DNA of 64,000 nt. Origin: an uncultured Gemmatimonadales bacterium (lineage in GTDB: Bacteria; Gemmatimonadota; Gemmatimonadetes; Gemmatimonadales; GWC2-71-9). The position numbers were made by a program, and so were the translations under genes. A model generated the notes under the pieces. The model was not told the origin of the DNA. It searched no databases and saw only the letters and a list, made by a program, of their open reading frames with translations. The DNA lies in contig CAVYSW010000003.1 in the NCBI GenBank assembly GCA_963771275.1, forward strand, positions 1,184,001 through 1,248,000. The letters run 5' to 3'. Below are positions 43,878 through 52,579 of this stretch, one piece after another (position 1 is the stretch's first letter; every line of letters starts with the position of its first letter).

Positions 43878-44032
43878 GGGCACTCCTTACTGTGCCTTCA
43901 GTGCACCGGGTACTGCGGAGCAAGCAAACCCGCTGGCACGCGAGAGGAAAAGGCGACGCGACGCCGAGGGATCTAAGTCTGTCCTGGTAATCCTAAAGCG
44001 AGCCTTAACGCGCGATGAAGCCTGGCCGGAGC

Positions 44033-47000
44033 TCAGCCCCAGTTCTTCGAGTCCGGCGCCAGGGCACGGAGCGACTTGAGGAGGCGAAACGCTGATGACT
44101 CGGCGGTATGACGGTATGGCGGTACGGTGGTATGCAGCTCCGGCCCGAGGGCTGTTTCGTTCCGCCGGTCCGCCATTCCGCCGTTCCGCCTGACCGCCAA
44201 CCCCCGCACCTCCTCCGCAATCACGTTCAGCGTCCCGTCATCCTTGGCGAGCTTCCCTCTGACCCACAGGAACGGCTCCGCGCGGATGGCGAGCCGGTCG
44301 CGCTCGTAGACGTCGGGGTGGACGATCACGTTGGTCATGCCGCCCTCGTCTTCCATCAGGATGAACACGAAGCCCTTGGCAGTCTGCGGCCGCTGGCGGG
44401 CCACCACCATCCCCACCACCTCGAGGATCTCGCCATGCTCCTGCTCCACCAGGCGGTCGCTGCGCACCGCGCCTGCTGGCAACGCGCCCGCGAGCAGGGC
44501 GAGCGGATGACCGCTCGCGGCGAAGCCCAGCACCGCGTACTCGGCGAGGAGCTTCTCGCCGGCGTCCACGCCGCCGAATTGGAGTGACTCGTGCGGGTGG
44601 TTGAGCGGCAGCTCCAGCTGGCGACGCACGCGCCGGGGGTCACGGTCCTGCTTGGGGCCAAGCCAGAGGCCAACCTGCCAGAGCAGCTCCCGCCGCGTGA
44701 GGCCGAACCCGTCGCAGGCACCGACCCACACCAGGTGGTCGAACGCGTTGCGTGTGAGGCCGGGCGGCGTGCGCCGCACGAGGTCGCCTAAACTCCGGTA
44801 GGGGCCGCGCCGCTCGCGTTCCTCCACCACGGCTGTGGAGTGCTCCTCGTTCCACTCCCGGATGAAGCCCAGCCCCACGCGCACCTGGCCGTCCTCGACG
44901 GTGCACCACACGTCGCTCGCGTTGATGTCGGGGAGCAGGATCTTCACGTCGTGGCGGGCGGCATCCCGGCCCAGCGCGTCGAGCGAGTAGAAGCCCATCG
45001 GCTGGTTGTTGAACAGCGCCGTGTAGTACTCGACGGGGTGATAGTGGTACAGCCAGGCCGACTGATAGGCCAGGAGCCCGAAGGCCGCGGCGTGCGACTT
45101 GGGGAACCCGAACTCGGAGAACGCGACCACCTGCTCGAACACGCGCTGGGCGACCGGCTCGGGGACGCCGTTTCGCGCGGCGCCTTGCTTGAATTCTTCC
45201 CAGAATCCCTTGAGCAGCTCGCGCGAGCGCCGCCGGCTCATCGCGCGGCGCAGCGCCTCGGCCTGACCGGCGTCGAACCCGGCGAGCGCCTGGCAGACCT
45301 GGAGCACCTGGTCCTGGAAGATGATGACGCCCAGGGTCTCGGCGAGCGCCTCGCGGAGCAGCGGGTGCTCCAGCGGGGGCGCGTACGGCAGGCCCCGCTC
45401 GAGCGCGTGGCGCCGGGCCTCGCGGCGGCGGACGTAGGGGTTCACCGCGCCGCCCACGATGGGGCCGGGCCGCACGATCGCCACCTGCACCGCGAGGTCG
45501 GCCAGGTTCCGCGGGCGCACGCGGCGGATCATCTGGATCTGCGCGCGACTCTCGATCTGGAACAGCCCGACCGTGTCGCCGTGGCAAATTCGGTCGTAGA
45601 TCGCCTGGTCCTCGAAATCGATGCGGGAGAGATCGGGCGGGACGCCTTCGTTCCGCGCCACGAGCTCGACGCACTCCTCGACGAGGGAGAGCATGCCGAG
45701 GGCGAGAAAATCGATCTTGATGAATCGGGCGTCGTCGCAGGAGTCCTTGTCCCACTGGCACACCACGCGATCGGGCATGGCGGAGCGCTCGAGCGGGACC
45801 AGCTCCACCAGGGAGCGGCTCGAGATGATCATCCCGCCCACGTGCTGCGAGATGTGGCGCGGCAGGCCGGCGATCGCCTCCCCCAGATCGCAGAGATCGC
45901 GCCAGAGCGGAGCGTCCACCTTGTCCTTGAGCCCGGGAATGCGGCTCATCTCCTCGCGCACCGCGGCGGCGGACTCGAAGGACGAAGCCATCTTGGCGAG
46001 CTGCTCGATCTCGCCTACGGGCAAGTCGAGCGCCTTGCCAACCTCGCGCACGGCCGACCGGAAGCGGTAGGTCGGGTACGAGCAGACGAGGCCGACGTGG
46101 TCGTCTCCATAGCGCTTGTAGACCCGGCGGATCAGCTCCTCCCGAATCTCGCGCGGAAAGTCGAGGTCGATGTCCGGGACGGACGCGAGCGTCTCGTTCA
46201 GGAACCGGCCGATGAACAGGCCGCTTCGGATGGGGTCGATGTGCGACAGGCCGAGGAAGTAGCAGATGATGGAAGAGACGGACGAGCCGCGCCCGCGGCC
46301 TGGCAGCAGGTTACCCGAGGCTCGCCGGCTCCCGGCCCGGACGTCGGCGGCGACCTCGCGCGCCAGCTCGAAGAGATCGTGGTAGACGAGAAAGAACCCG
46401 CAGAGCTTGTGGTGCTCGACGAGGCGTAGCTCCTTCTCGAGCCGGCGCACCGCCTCGTCCCGGAGCGGGTCGCTCGGCGGGTAGCGCTTGTCGAGCCGCG
46501 AGCGGCACAGCTCGGCCAGGGCGCGCGGCGCCGCCATCCGGTCGGAGCCGCGGAAATCGGGGAACGTGTAGCCCAGGTCGCGCGTGAGGTCGAACGCGGC
46601 GCAGCGCTCGGCGATGCGGAGTGTGTTGGCGAGCGCGTCGGGCCGGTCGCGGAAGCAGGCGGCCAGCTCCGCAGGCGGTCGGAGATAGAACTCGCTGTTG
46701 GCGCGGCGCACGTCGTGCGAGCCGTCGAGTGTCAGGCGATGCCGGAGGGCGGTGAGGACGTCGTGCAGGCGGTGCCGGTCGCGCTGGTCGTAGTGTACGT
46801 CTCCCGTCGCCACGACCGGCAGCCGCTCGGCGTCGGCGATGTTGCACAGCGCGCGGGTGCGGTCCCGATCGCCGCGCACGGCGTTCCGCTGCAGCTCGAC
46901 GAAGAACCGCTCGCGGCCGAAGCGATCACGGCAGCATGCGGCGAGCCGGCGGGCGGCGGTGAGCCCCTCGCGGGCGAGCGTCGCCGGCAACAGGCCGCCG

Positions 47001-47374
47001 CGGCAGCCGGAGAGAACGATCAGGCCTTCCTGCCGGGCGGCGAGCGAGTCAAAGTCGAGCCGCGGGTCGCGCCGGTCCTCACGGCCGAGATGCGCCTCGG
47101 TGATCAGCCGGCAGAGGTTGGCGTACCCCTGCGGCGTCTCGGCGAGCAGGGTGACGTGCGTGCCGTCGAGCAGGGTGACCTCGGCGCCGGTGATGGGCTG
47201 AAGGCCGAGGTGGCGGGCGGCCTGCGCGAACGCCATCGAGCCGTAGAGACCGTTGTGGTCGGTGAGCGCCAGCGCGGGATAGCCCAGCGCCTGGGCCTGG
47301 AGCACCAGTGCCTCGGGCGGCGCGGTACCGTCCAGGAAGGAGAAGGCCGAGTGGCAGTGGAGCTCGATGTACAT
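44033..47374 (-). CDS. dnaE2: Error-prone DNA polymerase DnaE2 (ImuC)
   Basis: ELHCHSAFSFLDG PHP domain, GRGSS, PDIDLDF, SQHVGG, FQIESRAQ, GFPKSHA, NNQPMGFY, RQRPQTAKG. Confidence 0.95.
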   Translation of the reverse strand: MYIELHCHSAFSFLDGTAPPEALVLQAQALGYPALALTDHNGLYGSMAFAQAARHLGLQPITGAEVTLLDGTHVTLLAETPQGYANLCRLITEAHLGREDRRDPRLDFDSLAARQEGLIVLSGCRGGLLPATLAREGLTAARRLAACCRDRFGRERFFVELQRNAVRGDRDRTRALCNIADAERLPVVATGDVHYDQRDRHRLHDVLTALRHRLTLDGSHDVRRANSEFYLRPPAELAACFRDRPDALANTLRIAERCAAFDLTRDLGYTFPDFRGSDRMAAPRALAELCRSRLDKRYPPSDPLRDEAVRRLEKELRLVEHHKLCGFFLVYHDLFELAREVAADVRAGSRRASGNLLPGRGRGSSVSSIICYFLGLSHIDPIRSGLFIGRFLNETLASVPDIDLDFPREIREELIRRVYKRYGDDHVGLVCSYPTYRFRSAVREVGKALDLPVGEIEQLAKMASSFESAAAVREEMSRIPGLKDKVDAPLWRDLCDLGEAIAGLPRHISQHVGGMIISSRSLVELVPLERSAMPDRVVCQWDKDSCDDARFIKIDFLALGMLSLVEECVELVARNEGVPPDLSRIDFEDQAIYDRICHGDTVGLFQIESRAQIQMIRRVRPRNLADLAVQVAIVRPGPIVGGAVNPYVRRREARRHALERGLPYAPPLEHPLLREALAETLGVIIFQDQVLQVCQALAGFDAGQAEALRRAMSRRRSRELLKGFWEEFKQGAARNGVPEPVAQRVFEQVVAFSEFGFPKSHAAAFGLLAYQSAWLYHYHPVEYYTALFNNQPMGFYSLDALGRDAARHDVKILLPDINASDVWCTVEDGQVRVGLGFIREWNEEHSTAVVEERERRGPYRSLGDLVRRTPPGLTRNAFDHLVWVGACDGFGLTRRELLWQVGLWLGPKQDRDPRRVRRQLELPLNHPHESLQFGGVDAGEKLLAEYAVLGFAASGHPLALLAGALPAGAVRSDRLVEQEHGEILEVVGMVVARQRPQTAKGFVFILMEDEGGMTNVIVHPDVYERDRLAIRAEPFLWVRGKLAKDDGTLNVIAEEVRGLAVRRNGGMADRRNETALGPELHTTVPPYRHTAESSAFRLLKSLRALAPDSKNWG
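44102..44198. repeat. 8-mer tandem-repeat hairpin in-frame in the dnaE2 3' end
   Basis: GCGGTATG-like unit x4, spacer, TCCGCCnn x4-5 (approximate reverse complement). Confidence 0.8.
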
Positions 47375-47381
47375 GGCTGAA

Positions 47382-47467
47382 ACGGCAGGGGCGGCAGAGG
47401 CGGGAGAGGCGGCAGGAAGACGGGGGCCGTTCTGCCGCTGCTGCCGCCCCGGCGGCAGCTGCCGCTC
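47382..47467. repeat. 9-mer tandem-repeat hairpin, intergenic upstream of dnaE2
   Basis: GCGGCAGAG-like x4 followed by CTGCCGCnn x3. Confidence 0.75.
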
Positions 47468-47468
47468 C

Positions 47469-47792
47469 TCAGGGCCGCTGCATGTACCACTCGCCCGTCA
47501 TGACATCCTCGAACAGCACCACGTGCGCGCCGCCTTCGAGCACGACCTCGACGTAGCGGCGGTGGATGGGGGTGCGCCACCACTCGTCGTCGATGCGCCA
47601 TTCCTCCAGGACCTCCTCCACCCCCCTCTCATCTGCATCTCTGCCCCTCTCCCCCTCTGCCCCTTCTTCATCGGCACTCTCCCGCACCCACATGGGTCGG
47701 CCCCACGTGTCGAGGCCCACCTCCACCGCGGAGGGCAGATTCAGGGCTCGAAGGCGATCAGGGCGTAGCGGCGTTCGGGCAGGCGCGACCAT
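47469..47792 (-). CDS. Small mutasome-associated protein (DUF6504-like)
   Basis: VEEVLEEWRIDDEWWR..IHRRY..V..GG....LFED..GEWY pattern; lies between imuB and dnaE2. Confidence 0.8.
   Translation of the reverse strand: MVAPARTPLRPDRLRALNLPSAVEVGLDTWGRPMWVRESADEEGAEGERGRDADERGVEEVLEEWRIDDEWWRTPIHRRYVEVVLEGGAHVVLFEDVMTGEWYMQRP
47636..47664. repeat. CTGCCCCT/CTCCCCCT 8-mer repeat tract inside the small gene
   Basis: 23 nt (47636-47658) identical to 48617-48639 in imuB. Confidence 0.75.
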
Positions 47793-49063
47793 GGCTGGAC
47801 CTCGATGACGCGGTAGAGCATGTGGCGCTTGAGGCGCTGGTGGATTTCACGAGCGGCGGCGCGGAGCGCGCGATGGCGGCCGGCGCGTGCCGCGGCCACG
47901 GCGTCCCGGGCGAAGAGCTGCAGCTCGTCGGTGCCGCGGGCGAAGGCGGTGAACTCGACGGTGAGCCGCTCGACGGCCCCCGTGGGCGGCGTCTGCTCGA
48001 GTCGGGTGACGAGCGGGGGGAGGATCCGCTCGCGCAGGGCGGCTGGATCCTTGAGCAGGACCTCGATCATCCATGAGGCGCCCTGCTCGAGCGCGGCGCG
48101 CACGCGGGCCGCCTGCACGCGCCAGCCTGTGCGTCGCGGGTCGCGCAGCGCGTGCTCGATCAAGACGCCGATCGTGTGCGCGAGCATCCCGCCGTCGGCG
48201 ACGGGGGAAGGAAAGTCGAGCGTCGCGACGATGGGCTGTGGGCGAATCTGTCCGCGCACGGGCTCGTCGACCCGGCCGGCGGCCAACCGCCACGCCGCAC
48301 GCCCCGAACGACCGAACTGGGCCGTCACCGCCGCCTCGGGCAGCGCGGTGAAGTCACCGAGCGACTTGAGGCCGAGCTGTTGCAGACGGCGGTGGTCGTC
48401 GGCGTCGAGCGGCAGCACCGCAAGTGGCTGGGCTTGCAGGAACGTCGCTCGTGCTTCGTCAGTCACGATGACGGGCTCGCCCGGCTTGGCGCGCGTGGCG
48501 GCGACCCAGGCGGCGAATTTGCCCCGCGCCCAACCCAGCCGGGCCCCACCCCTCCCCTTCCCAGGGGCAGAAGGGGCAGAGGGGCAGAGAAGAGACGGGG
48601 CTTCGGCCTTTCCCTCCATCTCTGCCCCTCTCCCCCTCTCACTCCCCCTCTCCTCCTCTGTTGCTGCCGCTGTGATGATCCCCAATTGTCGAAGCGGGGA
48701 TCCATAGAGCCCTTCAAGCCCATCTACTCCCACGTACGCCCGTCCCAGCTCCGCAGGCTCGATCACGGGGCTCACCTGCTCGAGGCGCAGCAGCAGGCGG
48801 GCGAACTGCTCGTCGTAGAACACGGGATCGGGCTCGAGCAGCGCGAGCGTGGGACAGAGGCCGATGGCCTGGCTCACCGTGAGGCCGGGTCGTACACCCT
48901 GGCGGCGCGCGAGTGAGGAGGCCTGCCAGATGCGGCGACTGTCCTCCGGTGCGAGGAGCGCGGTGGGCCGGCCCACGAGATCGGGACGCCGCTCCTCCTC
49001 GCAGCGCAGCGGGAAGAGCGGGATCCAGAGGCAGGCGGCATGCTCGCTGGTCAGTCCCTGCAT
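47741..49063 (-). CDS. imuB: ImuB-like inactive Y-family DNA polymerase
   Basis: Y-family-like N-terminus (ARRQGVRPGLTVSQAIGLCP, SPVIE) without the catalytic DE motif; upstream of dnaE2. Confidence 0.88.
   Translation of the reverse strand: MQGLTSEHAACLWIPLFPLRCEEERRPDLVGRPTALLAPEDSRRIWQASSLARRQGVRPGLTVSQAIGLCPTLALLEPDPVFYDEQFARLLLRLEQVSPVIEPAELGRAYVGVDGLEGLYGSPLRQLGIITAAATEEERGSERGRGAEMEGKAEAPSLLCPSAPSAPGKGRGGARLGWARGKFAAWVAATRAKPGEPVIVTDEARATFLQAQPLAVLPLDADDHRRLQQLGLKSLGDFTALPEAAVTAQFGRSGRAAWRLAAGRVDEPVRGQIRPQPIVATLDFPSPVADGGMLAHTIGVLIEHALRDPRRTGWRVQAARVRAALEQGASWMIEVLLKDPAALRERILPPLVTRLEQTPPTGAVERLTVEFTAFARGTDELQLFARDAVAAARAGRHRALRAAAREIHQRLKRHMLYRVIEVQPWSRLPERRYALIAFEP
48551..48660. repeat. 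8-mer tandem-repeat hairpin in-frame in imuB
   Basis: AGGGGCAG x3, spacer, CTGCCCCT/CTCCCCCT repeats. Confidence 0.8.
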
Positions 49064-49087
49064 CGAGGCCTATCGAAGTACCGGAAA

Positions 49088-49106
49088 CCGAATATATCCC
49101 GAAGAT
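49088..49106 (-). promoter_or_regulatory. Candidate SOS/LexA-type operator upstream of imuB
   Basis: CCGAATATATCCCGAAGAT (+ strand), 18/19 identical to 57380-57398. Confidence 0.7.
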
Positions 49107-49277
49107 GGGAAACTTGGCAAGCCTCTGCACGAGACGTATATAAGTCATTGCTATACAACTAGTTGAGTTATGACAACGGACCGATCGGCAAGCTCAATGC
49201 GGTGCTGGGCCATTTCCACTGACCGTCTGTCTGCCTCTGCCGCTCAAGAAGCTGCGCCGCTACCTGGAAGACTCACG

Positions 49278-50381
49278 GTGACAAACCGCCCGAACGGCCA
49301 GCCCCAAGGCGAGGACGCGCTCCGTGAACTGTGTGCCGCCGCCCGCGCACTCTCGGGCCGATCGGCGCCTCCGGGTCTCATCGCTCGCGTCGTGGAGGAG
49401 CGGGCGCGCGGGATGCGCGCCGTGCTTCCGACGGGTGAGCCCGTCTCAACCCGCCGTGCACCGCGACGAGCCGTACTGGCGGGAGCGGCGGCCCTGCTGG
49501 TCGTCGGCGTGCTCGTGCTGAATCACTGGCCCGCAACCAACGAACCGGCGGCAACTGAGGCCGCCCAAGGAGCGTGTGCGATGAATCCAGAGACTCGGGC
49601 GTTGCTTATGGCCGGCTCGTTCCTTCTTGCAACCGCGTGTGCGCAGGAGCCGGCGGCGCCGTACGAGGCCGCTCCACCCGTGACCGCGCTTGGGACGCGC
49701 GAGCTGCAGGAGGGAACCTGGGTCTATCGGGTCGGGAGGCAGGGCGGGCACGCGATGTACCAGACCGTCTACCTGCTCACCAGGGCCGGGTCGGGTGAAC
49801 AAGCGGAGTGGATCAGTGTGGACTCCCGGCGGACGCCTGACGGATGGACGCGTGCCGACACCATGTATTACGCCGCTGACGGACTGACGCCGTTGCGGCA
49901 AACGTATCACCGAGCGCATGATGGCCAGGACCGGTGGTCTGTGCGGGTGAGGTTTGGGTCCGACAGCGTCGATGTCGTGTCGGACTATCTTGGCAATCGC
50001 GACCACCCTCCCCAGCGGCGCACGTGGAGTGCCCAACTCCCTGACGACGGGGTCCCCAGCGTCGTGGCGGCGCACGAGCCGGCGCTCGGGCTCTTCGTCC
50101 GCCGCCTCCCTCTGGCGAAGGGGTGGGCTGGCTCCTTTCATGTCGGGCCCATTGGAAACCGGTCCTACCGCGAGACGTCATTCAAGGTCGTGGGAGAAGC
50201 CCGAGTCACCGTGCCGGCCGGCGTGTTCGACTGTTGGCGCGTCACGGTGACCGATGGAGTCACGTTGCGGCGGGTGCTCTGGGTCAGCAAAGCCGAGCAG
50301 TTGCTCGTGAAATCCGTGCTTGGGCCTGAGGGTCACGGTCTCGAGTGGGCTTTGCTGTCGTTCACGCCGTCGCAGAACTAG
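49278..50381 (+). CDS. Exported hypothetical protein with DUF3108-like C-terminus (alternative start 49581)
   Basis: VTVPAGVFDCWRV motif; TM helix; internal AAGGAG-N8-ATG followed by lipobox LATAC. Confidence 0.65.
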   Translation: MTNRPNGQPQGEDALRELCAAARALSGRSAPPGLIARVVEERARGMRAVLPTGEPVSTRRAPRRAVLAGAAALLVVGVLVLNHWPATNEPAATEAAQGACAMNPETRALLMAGSFLLATACAQEPAAPYEAAPPVTALGTRELQEGTWVYRVGRQGGHAMYQTVYLLTRAGSGEQAEWISVDSRRTPDGWTRADTMYYAADGLTPLRQTYHRAHDGQDRWSVRVRFGSDSVDVVSDYLGNRDHPPQRRTWSAQLPDDGVPSVVAAHEPALGLFVRRLPLAKGWAGSFHVGPIGNRSYRETSFKVVGEARVTVPAGVFDCWRVTVTDGVTLRRVLWVSKAEQLLVKSVLGPEGHGLEWALLSFTPSQN

Positions 50382-50534
50382 CGGTCGCGCTCTCGACGCC
50401 GGGGTTCAAGGACTACAGGTTCACCCTGCGGCGGCAGGCGCGATCCGGTAGCTTCACGTCGGCGATGCATTGATGACGGTTCCGGAGAGTCGTACGTTTA
50501 GGTTGGACGGTCCTCACCACACCGAGGTCCGTCC

Positions 50535-50882
50535 GTGCCGATCACAGCCCGACTGTCCCGGAAGCTCCACCAGACGCTGGGCGACGAAGCCGGAGAGGAT
50601 CTTGTGACCTGGATGCAGCAGGTGGATGCGCAGCGCGTCGAATTGCGGGAGTTGAACGAGCTCAACTTCGCGCGGTTTGACGCGCGTCTGTCCGCCTCGG
50701 TCGCCGAGCTCCGCCAGGAGATGCAGGCAGGGTTTGCCACATGGGGGGGAGGACTCCGGCAGGAGATTGCTCAGCTGGAGATCCGTCTCGAACGCCGGAT
50801 CGGCGACCTCATCAAGTGGTCGTTCGTGTTCTGGGTGGGCGCGGTCGGGGCCATCGCGGCACTTGCGGGGGTGCTGCGGTAG
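50535..50882 (+). CDS. Small coiled-coil protein with C-terminal TM anchor (DUF1640/CCDC90-like)
   Basis: Heptad coiled coil ending DLIKWSFVFWVG plus TM helix. Confidence 0.75.
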   Translation: MPITARLSRKLHQTLGDEAGEDLVTWMQQVDAQRVELRELNELNFARFDARLSASVAELRQEMQAGFATWGGGLRQEIAQLEIRLERRIGDLIKWSFVFWVGAVGAIAALAGVLR

Positions 50883-50969
50883 GCGCGATCAGGGGTCCCG
50901 GGCTGGTTCACCCTTCAGGGTCAGGTTCCTCGGCCGAGCCCGCACTTCAGTGCGGGACTCCCAGCCTGA

Positions 50970-52577
50970 TCAGGTCTTCGACCGCTTGACCTCGACCCGC
51001 TCGGCCGCGGGCGCTTCCTCTCTCACCTTCCCCAGGACCGCCGGCAGCTCGATGCCCGCCTGGTGGGCTAGCTCATGCACGGCGGGCAGCGAGCCGATGA
51101 GGCTGGAGAGGAAATCCGCCGTCGCCCCACTGCCGCCCGGCCCGCTCCGGCCGCCCTCCCACACGGTGATCTTGTCGATCTTCAGGTTCTGAATCGCCTT
51201 CACCTGCTCGGCGACGAGCTTCGGCATCTGCTCGATGAGCAACAGCGTGGGCGCGATCTGCGGATTCTCGGCACACGCGGCGACCAATCGCCGGTACCCC
51301 TCGGCCTTGGACTCCAGCACCTTGAGCAAGCCCGCGGCCTCCGCCTCGTACTTCGCGAGCATTGCATCGGCCACGCCTCTCGCCTCGCGTCGTGACCGCT
51401 CTGCGGTCGCCTCGGCCTCGACCTCGACCCGCTTCTTCTCGATCTCCTGTGGCGCCAACTGTTCCTTTGCCAGCCGCGCCAACTCTCGCTCGCGTTCGGC
51501 CTTGAGGATTTCCTCCTCCGCGCGCGCGGCCGCGACCTTTGCCTGTTGCATCGCCCCGGCGCGCACCTGCGCCAGCGTGGCGTTCGATTTAGCAATCTCG
51601 GCCTGCGACGTGTTCTCGCCCTGCACGGCGGTCGACTCGGCCTTGGCCACCTGGATGCGCTGGGTCTGCTCGGCCTCCTTCTTGGCGGCGACCGTCTCCG
51701 CCTCGCGCTGCGCGGTGGCGATCTGCGCGTTCCGGCGGGATTCCACCTCGCCCGTCACCGCGGTCGCCTCGAACGCCGCGACCGCGACGCGCTGCTGCTG
51801 CTCGGCGTCTTTCTGACCCTGGACCGCCGTCGCCGCTTCCCGCGCCACGCCGATGGTCTTCTCGCGATCGGCGATGGCCTGACCCGTCGCGCCGTTCCGC
51901 TCCTGCTGCGCCACTTCCACCCGCGCGCGGTTGATGGCCTCGGCGGCCGCCCGCTTGCCGATCGCCTCGATGTAGCCGCTCTCGTCGGTGATGTCGCGGA
52001 TGTTCACGTTGATCAGCGTGAGACCGATTTTGTTGATCTCCTCGGTCACGTTGGTGTTGATCAACGACATGAACTTCTCGCGGTCCTTGTTGATTTCCTC
52101 GATCGTGAGGGTGGCGATCACGAGGCGGAGCTGCCCCAGAATGATGTCCTGCGCCTGCTCCTGAATCTTGTTTTCCGGAAGGTACAGCAGGCGCTCGGCC
52201 GCCGAGTTCATGAGCACCGGATCGGTGGAGATGCCCACCGTGAACGTCGCAGGCACGGCGACTCGGATGTTGTTGAGCGACAGCGCGCCCTGGAGCGGAA
52301 TGTCGATCACCATGGGCTCGAGCGACAGGAAGGCGTAGTCCTGGAGCAGCGGCACGACGAACTTGCCGCCGCCGTGGATGCACTGGGCCGCGCGGTTGCC
52401 GCCCACCTTGCCGTAGAGGACCAGCACCTGGTTGCTCGGGCAGCGCTTGTACTGTTTCACCACGAAGACGATGAAGAACAGGAACAGCAGCCCGATCGCG
52501 CCCACCAGTCCGAGCAACACGGCCGGGTTTGTCCCAACGTCGGCTTGCAGAGCGAACAGCGTGAGAGGGAACGACAT
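50970..52577 (-). CDS. Flotillin/SPFH domain protein
   Basis: N-terminal TM, SPFH domain (GQLR..IA.LTIEEIN.DREKF), AE-rich coiled coil, IDKITVW. Confidence 0.92.
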   Translation of the reverse strand: MSFPLTLFALQADVGTNPAVLLGLVGAIGLLFLFFIVFVVKQYKRCPSNQVLVLYGKVGGNRAAQCIHGGGKFVVPLLQDYAFLSLEPMVIDIPLQGALSLNNIRVAVPATFTVGISTDPVLMNSAAERLLYLPENKIQEQAQDIILGQLRLVIATLTIEEINKDREKFMSLINTNVTEEINKIGLTLINVNIRDITDESGYIEAIGKRAAAEAINRARVEVAQQERNGATGQAIADREKTIGVAREAATAVQGQKDAEQQQRVAVAAFEATAVTGEVESRRNAQIATAQREAETVAAKKEAEQTQRIQVAKAESTAVQGENTSQAEIAKSNATLAQVRAGAMQQAKVAAARAEEEILKAERERELARLAKEQLAPQEIEKKRVEVEAEATAERSRREARGVADAMLAKYEAEAAGLLKVLESKAEGYRRLVAACAENPQIAPTLLLIEQMPKLVAEQVKAIQNLKIDKITVWEGGRSGPGGSGATADFLSSLIGSLPAVHELAHQAGIELPAVLGKVREEAPAAERVEVKRSKT

Positions 52578-52579
52578 GA

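Noticed and set aside
43973..43983. 11-nt match (GACAGACTTAG on the minus strand) to the sdpR promoter, upstream of fumA
   Set aside because: Only one half-site with no dyad; likely chance
43884..44032. Possible riboswitch or ncRNA in the fumA leader
   Set aside because: No recognisable Rfam-like consensus by eye; an Infernal search would be needed
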